Part shown: positions 1-7,814 of the stretch, piece by piece
How positions within the stretch are numbered: the first letter of the stretch is position 1
Layout of the letters: each line of letters starts with the position of its first letter
Assembly: GCA_043822705.1 (NCBI GenBank)
Contig: JBDRBK010000119.1
Location: 1-14,134, forward strand
Direction of reading: 5' to 3'
Length of the DNA: 14,134 nucleotides
Source of the DNA: Fidelibacterota bacterium
GTDB taxonomy: Bacteria; Fidelibacterota; Marinisomatia; Marinisomatales; TCS56
Notes under the pieces: model-generated
Databases searched by the model: none
Told to the model about the DNA's origin: nothing
What the model saw: only the letters and a program-made list of their open reading frames with translations
Position numbers and translations under genes: made by a program

Positions 1-42
1 GGTCAGGTCTTCGAGTAGTTGTAAATCCTTGTCATTAGTCAT
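1..42 (-). CDS. N-terminal fragment of a divergent gene running off the window, possibly an M42-family metallopeptidase
   Basis: Manual translation of the reverse complement from ATG (CAT at 40-42) gives MTNDKDLQLLEDLT, open to the window edge, with GGA a few bases upstream. The 'LLxxLT' helix resembles the usual M42 aminopeptidase N-terminus, but only 14 codons are visible. Confidence 0.45.
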   Translation of the reverse strand, partial: MTNDKDLQLLEDLT

Positions 43-108
43 GAAAAAATCCGTTTCAATTCATTTAAAGTGGTTAAATAAGGGTAAACTTACATTTTAC
101 CGGGGCGG

Positions 109-117
109 TGATACAAT
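109..117 (+). promoter_or_regulatory. Possible extended -10 promoter element (TGnTACAAT) for the rlmN operon
   Basis: TGATACAAT at 109-117 in the AT-rich divergent intergenic region; no convincing -35 element. Confidence 0.3.
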
Positions 118-163
118 TCTTATTGTCTTGCGTCCACCCGTCGAGTATGTGGAATTTCCAGTG

Positions 164-1207
164 ATGTCACTCAGGCAAATCAGGACAAAAGAAAGTTTAG
201 CGGGCCGGTCGCTGACCGGACTGGCTGATTTTTGCGGGACTATCGATCAGCCGCGCTACCGGGCGGACCAGTTGTTCTACTGGCTCTATACCAAACAGGT
301 TTCCACTTTCGCCGAAATGACAAATATTCCCAAGCGCCTGCGCACCCGTCTGGATGAACTGGTGACCATCCACGAGCTGGAAGAAGTCCTGGAGACCGCG
401 TCCGATACCGGCGAGACGCGCAAGCTGCTGTTCGCCACGGCCGACGGTTTTCGGGTGGAATCGGTGCTGATGCAGGAAAAGGACCGGATCACGGTCTGCC
501 TGTCGACCCAGGTCGGCTGTAATCTGGATTGCCGGTTCTGTGCCACGGCCGGAATGGGTTTTTCGCGCAATCTGACGGTGGCGGAGATCGTGGATCAGTT
601 CCTGTTGTTGCAACGCAAATCGGTCGTGCGCATCACAAATGTCGTTTTCATGGGGATGGGCGAACCGTTTCTGAATTACCCGCGCGTGCTGGCCGCCGCC
701 GATCTGCTTAACGCCCAGGATGGTATCAACCTGGGGGCCCGCAAGATCACAATTTCGACGGCCGGGATCGTGCCACAGATACGCCGCTTTACGGCGGAAA
801 AACAGCGTTATAAACTGGCTGTCAGCCTAAATGCCGCCGATCAGAAAACCCGGCTGGCAATCATGCCGATCGCCGGGACTTATCCACTGCACGAATTGAT
901 GGCGGCGGTCCGTGATTATTACGCCGCCACGCACAACCGTCCGACGCTGGAATATGTACTGCTGGACGGAATCAACGACAGCCGGGAGTCGGCGCTGCGC
1001 CTGGTGGACCTGATCGACGGCCTGCCCTGCAAGGTCAACCTGATTCCCTATAATGATATCGACGGCTCTTTCCGGCGCCCGCTCGATGAACGGATCGAGG
1101 AGTTTATCGAAATGCTGTACAACGCGCCATTTACCGTGACCGTGCGCTGGAGCAAGGGGACCGGCATCAAGGCCGGCTGCGGCCAACTGGCGGTCGCCAC
1201 AAACTGA
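164..1207 (+). CDS. rlmN: Dual-specificity 23S rRNA (A2503-C2)/tRNA (A37-C2) radical SAM methyltransferase RlmN
   Basis: CLSTQVGCNLDCRFCAT (CxxxCxxC), VFMGMGEP, ITISTAG, LAVSLNA, EYVLLDGIND, VNLIPYN and C-terminal AGCGQL (catalytic Cys). Start moved from TTG29 to ATG164 (or GTG161) because the upstream part overlaps the AT-rich intergenic region and the divergent gene. Confidence 0.95.
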   Translation: MSLRQIRTKESLAGRSLTGLADFCGTIDQPRYRADQLFYWLYTKQVSTFAEMTNIPKRLRTRLDELVTIHELEEVLETASDTGETRKLLFATADGFRVESVLMQEKDRITVCLSTQVGCNLDCRFCATAGMGFSRNLTVAEIVDQFLLLQRKSVVRITNVVFMGMGEPFLNYPRVLAAADLLNAQDGINLGARKITISTAGIVPQIRRFTAEKQRYKLAVSLNAADQKTRLAIMPIAGTYPLHELMAAVRDYYAATHNRPTLEYVLLDGINDSRESALRLVDLIDGLPCKVNLIPYNDIDGSFRRPLDERIEEFIEMLYNAPFTVTVRWSKGTGIKAGCGQLAVATN

Positions 1208-1218
1208 ACGGAAATATC

Positions 1219-2034
1219 ATGCCTGACAAAGAACAAAAAATGGTCGATTATGTCCGGGAGCGGATTGGAACCGCGCCGGCTGTGGCGATTATTCTGGGGT
1301 CCGGTCTGGGCGATTTCGCCGACAACCTGGAGCAAAAAATTACTATTCCCTACCACGCTATTCCCGGTTATCCCCGACCAACGGTGGAGGGACACGCCGG
1401 CGAGCTGGTGTTCGGGCTGCTGGGGACGGTTCCGGTCCTGGCCGCCAAGGGCCGCTTCCATTTTTACGAGGGGCACGCCCTGGAAACGGTCACGCTGCCG
1501 GTGCGGCTATTCCATCGGCTGGGGGTGCGGGCGCTGATAATCACCAATGCCGCCGGGTCGGTCCGCCGCGATTATCCGCCGGGAAGTTTGATGGCCCTGA
1601 CCGGTCATCTGGATTGCACCTTCCGTCAGGGACCGGAAGCGCCGGACATCGTGTCCGGGGTGCCCTGCCATGACCCGCGCTTGCTGGATTGCGCCCGAAA
1701 AGCCGCAGCTGAAACCGGGGTGGAGTTGCAGTCCGGGATTTACTGCTGGACCCTGGGACCGGCTTATGAGACACCGGAGGAAATTGAATTTTTCCGGTCA
1801 CTCGGTGGTGATGCGGTCGGCATGAGCACTGTCCCCGAGCTGCAAGCGGCGGCCGAACTCGGCCTGTCGACACTAGGAATATCTTGCCTGACCAACTACG
1901 CCGCCGGCATCACCGGTCAACCCCTGACCCACCAGGAAGTGATCGATACAGCCGCGGCGGTGCGGGACAAATTCACCCGGCTGATTATCGCCGTGATCAG
2001 GAATATTGGTGGCAGCCTGTCAACTGCCGGATAA
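1219..2034 (+). CDS. punA: Purine nucleoside phosphorylase, trimeric (PunA/XapA/mammalian-type) family
   Basis: IILGSGLG, VEGHAG, GRFHFYEG, ITNAAG, GPAYETPEE, AVGMSTVPE and SCLTN (Asn243-equivalent) motifs; starts 11 bp after rlmN. Confidence 0.9.
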   Translation: MPDKEQKMVDYVRERIGTAPAVAIILGSGLGDFADNLEQKITIPYHAIPGYPRPTVEGHAGELVFGLLGTVPVLAAKGRFHFYEGHALETVTLPVRLFHRLGVRALIITNAAGSVRRDYPPGSLMALTGHLDCTFRQGPEAPDIVSGVPCHDPRLLDCARKAAAETGVELQSGIYCWTLGPAYETPEEIEFFRSLGGDAVGMSTVPELQAAAELGLSTLGISCLTNYAAGITGQPLTHQEVIDTAAAVRDKFTRLIIAVIRNIGGSLSTAG

Positions 2035-2055
2035 ATGGAAACAAAGGATAGATTG

Positions 2056-3234
2056 ATGAAGATTCAAATACGGCCGGAGATTGAAAATATCCGTGATGAA
2101 ATTATTGCCACGCGCCGGGATATTCACCAGTATCCCGAACGCGGTTTTCAGGAAGTCCGCACGGCCGCGCTGGTGGCTGAGCGCCTGCGTTCGTACGGTC
2201 TGGAAGTCCGTACCGGCGTCGGACGGACCGGGGTGGTCGGAATTCTGGCCGGCAGACTGCCGGGTCCCACGATCGCTTTGCGGGCCGATATGGATGCCCT
2301 GCCGTTGCAGGAACTGAATGACGTGCCCTATAAATCACAGACCGCCGGCGTGATGCATGCCTGCGGGCACGACGGACATGTTGCCGTTTTGTTGGGCGTG
2401 GCCAGGGTGCTGGCAGCCGCTCGCGAGCGGCTGGCCGGCGAGGTTCGTTTCCTGTTTCAGCCGGCCGAAGAAGGCCAGGGCGGCGCCCGCTATATGATCG
2501 CCGATGGCGCCATAGAGGGCGTCGATGAAATCTACGGCGCTCACCTGTGGAATTACCAGCCCTCCGGAATGGTCGGTATCCAGTCCGGTGCGGTATTGGC
2601 GGCGGCCGATGAATTTGAGATCAGGATCACCGGGGTGGGTGGTCATGGCGCGACGCCCCAGTCCGCCGTGGACCCAATCCAGGTGGGTGCCCAACTGGTG
2701 ACCGCCCTGCAAACGATTGTCAGCCGCAATACCAATCCACTGGAAAGCACAGTGGTTTCGGTCTGTCAGTTTGAGGCGGGAACGACATTTAATATCATTC
2801 CGGAAGGCGCAATACTAAAAGGTACCGCGCGATCGTATTCGGAAGCGAATCGCAGCATGATCAAACGGCGGATGCAGGAAATTGTCGCCGGTTTGGGTCA
2901 AGCCTTCAATGCCCGGATCGAACTCGATTACCATGATGGATATCCGCCGACGATCAATGATGAAAACGCGACCGAAAAAGCCCGGGTCGCCAGCAGTAAA
3001 ATTGCCATAGAGGGCGTGATCAAGCCGTTCCTGACGATGGGCGGCGAGGATTTCAGTTATTATGCCCGTGAAATACCGGGCTGTTTTATTTTTGTTGGTT
3101 CGGCTCCGCCGGATCGCGCACTGGAAAGCGTATCACACCACAGCCCGTATTTTGATATCGATGAATCGGCACTGCTGGTGGCGGCGTCGATCATGGTGCA
3201 GCTAATCGATGATCAATTGCTGACGGCGGACTGA
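2056..3234 (+). CDS. M20D family amidohydrolase (N-acyl-amino acid/hippurate hydrolase-like)
   Basis: RRDIHQYPE, LRADMDALP, MHACGHDGH, FQPAEE, GGHGA, GGEDF and HHSPYF motifs. ATG2056 has AAGGA at 2044-2048; the alternative start 2035 abuts the PNP stop. Confidence 0.9.
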   Translation: MKIQIRPEIENIRDEIIATRRDIHQYPERGFQEVRTAALVAERLRSYGLEVRTGVGRTGVVGILAGRLPGPTIALRADMDALPLQELNDVPYKSQTAGVMHACGHDGHVAVLLGVARVLAAARERLAGEVRFLFQPAEEGQGGARYMIADGAIEGVDEIYGAHLWNYQPSGMVGIQSGAVLAAADEFEIRITGVGGHGATPQSAVDPIQVGAQLVTALQTIVSRNTNPLESTVVSVCQFEAGTTFNIIPEGAILKGTARSYSEANRSMIKRRMQEIVAGLGQAFNARIELDYHDGYPPTINDENATEKARVASSKIAIEGVIKPFLTMGGEDFSYYAREIPGCFIFVGSAPPDRALESVSHHSPYFDIDESALLVAASIMVQLIDDQLLTAD

Positions 3235-4233
3235 TCAATAATAATCGATATATTCATACAGAATAAGCTGTAGGGGTCGTTCGGTCAGTACATCACCGGA
3301 ATAACTGCCGGCGAAATGTTGTTCCGCCAGCAGACGGTGGTTCTCGTCATATTCATATGTCGATCGGGTGGACAGCCGGCCTTTGTCCGTATATTCGGTG
3401 ACGGCGGTCAGATCACCACGGTCATTATAATTGAAGGTGATCCGGTACAACAGGCGACCCTGGCCGTCGAAATGTTTCAATTCGGTGAATTTTTCCACCT
3501 GATTATGATTGTACTCGGTTCTGGTCTCCACATCCTGACTGCGGCAGGTCTGGGTTTCGACCAAACCGTTCTTCGTGCTGGAGGAATAGACATATTTCCA
3601 CTGCAACGACCCGTCGGTGAAATAGCGCAGTGTGCCGGTCAAATTGCCGCTGGTGTTGAATTCCGATTTGCGAACCAGCCGGCTTTCACTGTCGTACCAG
3701 CGTTTTTCCAGCAACCGTCCATTATCGTTGAAGCGGTTGACCAGTCGCTCGGTGGCTGAATCAGCGGCAGTGAAGGTGGTAATCGATACCGGCTGCCCGC
3801 TCGCTGCCAGCCGGTAATCAACGGTCCTGAAGATATTATTAGCGGTATCGATCCAGGTTTTGTTGATGCAGCGACCCTGATTATCATAGGAAAAAGTCTG
3901 CCGCCATTGGACGCTATTGGCCGAATCCAACTGCTTGACCTCGAACAGAAAACCCTTCCGATCGAACAGATAAGCGGTTGTGGCCAGCATCATTCCGGCC
4001 GAGTCCAGCAGGGTGCTGTCGGTCGTCAGGCCGGTCCGGTTGTAATCGATGCGGATGATATGATCGAGCTCCTGTTGCACATCGGCCGATTTGTCCACAT
4101 AGCTGAAAACCAGTATTTTCCTGGTCTTCAGGCCGTAGTAGGGATCGGCGGGGTCGGCCGATTGCGCCATAACCAGGGTAATCAGCCCCGGTAACCATAG
4201 CGGTATTAGCTGGCGGAATCGCTCAATATTCAA
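3235..4233 (-). CDS. Secreted YD/RHS-repeat-like hypothetical protein
   Basis: TTG start with GGAG upstream and a signal-peptide-like N-terminus (LIPLWLPGLITLVMAQSA). Carries ~23-24 aa repeats such as FSYDNQGRCINK, RFNDNGRLLEK, FNYNDRGDLTAV and YEYDENHRLLAE. Confidence 0.7.
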   Translation of the reverse strand: MNIERFRQLIPLWLPGLITLVMAQSADPADPYYGLKTRKILVFSYVDKSADVQQELDHIIRIDYNRTGLTTDSTLLDSAGMMLATTAYLFDRKGFLFEVKQLDSANSVQWRQTFSYDNQGRCINKTWIDTANNIFRTVDYRLAASGQPVSITTFTAADSATERLVNRFNDNGRLLEKRWYDSESRLVRKSEFNTSGNLTGTLRYFTDGSLQWKYVYSSSTKNGLVETQTCRSQDVETRTEYNHNQVEKFTELKHFDGQGRLLYRITFNYNDRGDLTAVTEYTDKGRLSTRSTYEYDENHRLLAEQHFAGSYSGDVLTERPLQLILYEYIDYY

Positions 4234-4281
4234 AATTTTCTCCGGATTAATTTGCAGCCTGTTTCAGGCATATAGAATAGA

Positions 4282-4297
4282 AACAAAAAACGTGCCA
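4282..4297 (-). promoter_or_regulatory. Sigma54 (RpoN) -24/-12 promoter-like site upstream of the YD-repeat gene
   Basis: Minus strand reads TGGCACG-TTTT-TTGTT versus the consensus TGGCACG-N4-TTGCW: one mismatch, exact spacing, ~50 bp from the start codon. Confidence 0.6.
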
Positions 4298-4343
4298 CCG
4301 TTGACCGAATTTCATTGGCCGGTTTTTCGCCTGGGTGCGTTCA

Positions 4344-4357
4344 GGCGGATTTCCGCC
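4344..4357. promoter_or_regulatory. Perfect dyad GGCGGA-TT-TCCGCC, candidate enhancer-binding-protein site
   Basis: A 6-bp inverted repeat with a 2-nt spacer (too tight for a full RNA hairpin), ~47 bp upstream of the sigma54-like site. Confidence 0.35.
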
Positions 4358-4400
4358 AGTGGTGCAAAAAGACAATTTGTGGTGACTGTACCGGCAGGGA

Positions 4401-4772
4401 CTATAATTCCCGTACCGTCCAGTTTTCGTCCACCCACAGACCGATAATCGCGACGTCCGGGTAGCGTTCGGCCAGCATTTCCAGTGCTGTCATAACCTGG
4501 CGAATCTGGGTATCCCGGTCCACCGGATTACCGGCACAATCGTGATGGCCCACGACGGCGATCGCCTGCGAGGCATGTGCTTGTACCGAGATATCCACGC
4601 GCAATAGGATATTGTCGATCAGGCCACGATCTTCGTTCCGGGCCATAATCCCGATGGGTCCCGGTTCGGTGATACTGTCCACATATTCGACCTCGAAACG
4701 TTTTTTCAGATATTCGATGACCGGTAATTGTACCCGGCCGTCCATACAGTTGATCGTCGTGCAGAAGTACAT
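4401..4772 (-). CDS. Small putative beta-class-like carbonic anhydrase
   Basis: INCMDGR (C-x-D-x-R) and GHHDCAG (H-x-x-C) zinc-ligand motifs of beta-CAs; AAGGA RBS; 123 aa. Confidence 0.75.
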   Translation of the reverse strand: MYFCTTINCMDGRVQLPVIEYLKKRFEVEYVDSITEPGPIGIMARNEDRGLIDNILLRVDISVQAHASQAIAVVGHHDCAGNPVDRDTQIRQVMTALEMLAERYPDVAIIGLWVDENWTVREL

Positions 4773-4835
4773 GTTGTTCCTTGGGTTCCAGGTTGAAAGT
4801 GAATGCTGGTAAGTAGCGGCGAACCAGGTAAAATA

Positions 4836-5303
4836 TTATTCCGGACTATCTTCCGGGTCACTGATACCGGTGTCGAAAACATATTTCCAACTGTCGTCGG
4901 CCTGTTTTTTCCAGATCGTTACATAGCGCCCGGTGGATTTCCGGGTCTCTCCGTTTTCATTGACCAGCGAAAATGTCCAGCAGCCCAGGGTATAGCCAAG
5001 GTCGCCGGACGCGGCTACTTCGGCCAGGTACGGTTCCCAGATCAACGTGGCGTCGGGGTAATTGGCGAATAATTTGCGGATTTGCTCCCGGCCTTCAAAC
5101 GGCAGGGCCTGGTCGCGGAAAATAACGGCATCATCGACCATGAACTGATCGAAGGCGGCTGGAACCCCTTTTTCGACCGACAATTCGGAAAAGGCCCGGT
5201 CGGCTGCCAGCAGGGCCTGTTTTTCCCGGTTGATATTCATGTATGAATTACAGGCCGTCAATCCCAGAAAAACAAGTGAAAAAATGATTGATGATCGTTT
5301 CAT
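4836..5303 (-). CDS. NTF2-like (DUF4440/ketosteroid-isomerase-like) lipoprotein
   Basis: Start ATG5303 with GGAGG RBS; signal peptide with lipobox LTAC; NTF2-type motifs EVAASGDLGYTLG and GRYVTIWKKQADDSWKYVFD. Confidence 0.8.
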   Translation of the reverse strand: MKRSSIIFSLVFLGLTACNSYMNINREKQALLAADRAFSELSVEKGVPAAFDQFMVDDAVIFRDQALPFEGREQIRKLFANYPDATLIWEPYLAEVAASGDLGYTLGCWTFSLVNENGETRKSTGRYVTIWKKQADDSWKYVFDTGISDPEDSPE

Positions 5304-5356
5304 AAAACCTCCTGATGGCAATTAATGTCGGCCGGTTTATTTGCCGATACCACTGA

Positions 5357-6133
5357 TCAGATACTGATTTCACCTTCCAGAAAAATGACCGCACGCCCGG
5401 CGATTGCCACCCGGTCGCCCCGGTCGGTGCAGTATAGTTCACCGCCGCGGACTGAAATCTGGCGGGCATGGAGCTGCTTTTTGTCCAGTCTTTGGGACCA
5501 GTAAGGCGTCAGGGTGGTATGGGCCGAACCGGTGACCGGATCTTCCGGGATACCCACCGCCGGAGCGAAAAACCGGGAAACAAAATCGCAGTCCTCTCCG
5601 GGTGCTGTGGCGATCACGCCCCGACTAAAATCAGCTAATATGTCCATTCGGGGATGCAGGCTGCGGACCTGCGCTGCGGATTCGTAGACCACCAGGTAGT
5701 CTACGGCCTTTAACACCGCTTGCGGTTCCTGCCCCAAACCTGCTGTCAATTCAGGCGGCGCGGCCACCGGCCGGGCGGGCTGGGCGGGGAAGTCCAGGGT
5801 TAACAAATCGCCGGCGCGAGTGACGTTCAATTCACCGCTGAGGGAGCGGAATCGCAGGTGTTCGCCGGGGAAATTCAATTTGTTGAACAGTACAAATGCG
5901 GTGGCCAGCGTGGCATGGCCGCACAGGTTAACTTCCACGACCGGCGTGAACCAGCGCAGGTGAAAATGATCACCTTCGCGGACGAAAAAGGCGGTTTCCG
6001 AAAGGTTGTTTTCGGCGGCGATCGACTGCAGTAATTCGTCGACCGGCCACTCGGTCAGCGGACAGACGCCGGCCGGATTTCCGGCAAAAACGCTGCCGGT
6101 GAACGCATCGACCTGGTAATAAGGAATTCGCAT
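5357..6133 (-). CDS. PhzF-family (phenazine biosynthesis/DAP epimerase-like) isomerase
   Basis: QVDAFT..FAGNPAGV, NLSETAF, LRWFTP, LCGHATLA, SRFFAP and EDPVTGSAH motifs; ATG6133 with a GGAGGAG RBS. Confidence 0.9.
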   Translation of the reverse strand: MRIPYYQVDAFTGSVFAGNPAGVCPLTEWPVDELLQSIAAENNLSETAFFVREGDHFHLRWFTPVVEVNLCGHATLATAFVLFNKLNFPGEHLRFRSLSGELNVTRAGDLLTLDFPAQPARPVAAPPELTAGLGQEPQAVLKAVDYLVVYESAAQVRSLHPRMDILADFSRGVIATAPGEDCDFVSRFFAPAVGIPEDPVTGSAHTTLTPYWSQRLDKKQLHARQISVRGGELYCTDRGDRVAIAGRAVIFLEGEISI

Positions 6134-6174
6134 ACTGTTCTCCTCCCCGGTTATTGTTCGATGGCCTTGGCCGA

Positions 6175-7458
6175 TCAATCCAGCGAAGCCTCGTAGCCCA
6201 GTGCATTTACGGCGGCAATTATCTGAGCACTGTTGATATTTTTACCATGAACCACCATTTTTCCCTTTGCGAGATCGACTTCCGCCGTGGCGCCGCCGGC
6301 CTCTTCGGCCGCCCGTTTGACACTCATGGCGCAGTGGCTGCAGGTCATGCCACTGACTTTGAACGTGACTGTTTCCATTTCCATTGTTGCTTCCTCGGTT
6401 ACAATTTTTTCCGGCGCCGGGCGGTAAAAATAGGCGAAGGCTACGACCGCAATCAGAACGACCGCCGTCAGATGGGAGAACCAGGTGATCGAGTCGCCGC
6501 CGTGAATGTGGTCGGTCATCTGTGGCAGAATCGACTCCATCGCCGGCACCAGATAGTTCAACAGCAAACCGCTGGCGACGGCGCTGACGGCGACCGTGCC
6601 TAGGTAGATTCCGGCCGTCCGTTTCCCCAGCACCTTCATGATCGTGGTGAAAGTGGCGGCGTTGGTGGCCGGTCCCGCCACCAGAAAAGCCAGGGCGGCT
6701 CCCGGCGAAGCGCCCATGTGAATGAAACCGGCGGCGATCGGCACCGAGGCAGTGGCACAGACATAGACCGGTACACCGGCGGCCATTAATATCAGGATCG
6801 AAACGATCCCACCGCCGATCAACCCGCCCAGATAGTCCGGCGGCACCAGGGCACCAATGACACCGGCGATCAGAATACCCACCAGCAGCGCCGGACCGAT
6901 ATCCTTGGGCAGGGTGATGAAGCCGTAGCGCAGAACGGCCGCCAGTTTCCCATGTTTAGAGGCGGTCTCACAACTGTCGCAGTCACAGTGGTCGTGGTCG
7001 GATTCCGGCGCGGTCGGTGCGAGTGAATTATTATCCGCCAGTTGGACGATCCCGCCGCCGATGATGCCGGTCAGCAGGGCGATCACGGGCCGGAAAATGG
7101 CAAAAACCGGTCCCAACAGGGCGTAGGTAACCATGATCGAATCGACCCCGGTCTGGGGCGTCGACAGCAGAAACGAGGTCGTGGCGGACCGGCTGGCGCC
7201 ATGCCGGTATATCGAGGCCGCGACCGGGATCACACCGCAGGAACACAGTGGCAGAGGTACGCCAAACAGGGCCGCCTTCACGGCTGGAAACAATCCTCGC
7301 CCACCCAGGTGGCGCTCGACCCATTCCGGTGAAATATATACCGACAGGATACCGGCCACCAGAAAACCGAACAGCAGGTAGGGTCCCATCTGGGTCAGGA
7401 CCAGCCAGGTTTCATGAGCAAGATTATGAAGTATGGTGCTGAACATAATGCCATCCAT
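6175..7458 (-). CDS. ArsP_1/SO_0444-type heavy-metal permease with C-terminal HMA domain
   Basis: Two related membrane halves with PLCSCGVIP...STPQTG and YVCATASVP...AGPATN; His/Cys/Asp-rich loop ESDHDHCDCDSCE; C-terminal VSGMTCSHC HMA motif. The start may be 7446. Confidence 0.85.
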   Translation of the reverse strand: MDGIMFSTILHNLAHETWLVLTQMGPYLLFGFLVAGILSVYISPEWVERHLGGRGLFPAVKAALFGVPLPLCSCGVIPVAASIYRHGASRSATTSFLLSTPQTGVDSIMVTYALLGPVFAIFRPVIALLTGIIGGGIVQLADNNSLAPTAPESDHDHCDCDSCETASKHGKLAAVLRYGFITLPKDIGPALLVGILIAGVIGALVPPDYLGGLIGGGIVSILILMAAGVPVYVCATASVPIAAGFIHMGASPGAALAFLVAGPATNAATFTTIMKVLGKRTAGIYLGTVAVSAVASGLLLNYLVPAMESILPQMTDHIHGGDSITWFSHLTAVVLIAVVAFAYFYRPAPEKIVTEEATMEMETVTFKVSGMTCSHCAMSVKRAAEEAGGATAEVDLAKGKMVVHGKNINSAQIIAAVNALGYEASLD

Positions 7459-7814
7459 TTGATTAGTGCGGTGGGTCGCGGGAATATTTCGGACAAATTT
7501 ATCTGTAATAATTACTGGTACGCAATTCTATTATTCCCGGTTCCGGGCCGGCCTGTCCAGATCGATGATCGGAAAAATATTATGACAGGCACTTTGATAG
7601 GCGGAAATTGCCGGACTTAACGAATTCGGACTTTAGTTTGGCCAGTGTGGATTCAATTATTGGCATCCCGGGCACTGTTCCATATCTGGTCGGACGTTTA
7701 AATTAAGCGGTTTCATTCAACAGTTATTACACCTGCGAGTAAAAATGATTGCAAAAAAATCACTGATCGGTAAGGCTTTTCTCACTTTTCAGCAGGATGC
7801 GCCGCAACTGGCCG

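Noticed and set aside
29..163. Longer ORF-track starts for rlmN (also 8701 for thrC, 11519 for the activase, 6178 for PhzF and 5321 for the NTF2 protein)
   Set aside because: They overlap neighbouring genes or intergenic DNA, and the downstream starts have better RBS or family-consistent N-termini.
3235..4233. RHS polymorphic toxin or toxin-immunity locus
   Set aside because: No RHS core signature, toxin domain, immunity gene or secretion-system gene nearby.
5357..6133. Phenazine biosynthesis cluster (PhzF plus an NTF2-fold neighbour resembling PhzA/B)
   Set aside because: No phzD, phzE or phzG, the NTF2 protein is a lipoprotein, and stand-alone PhzF homologues are widespread.
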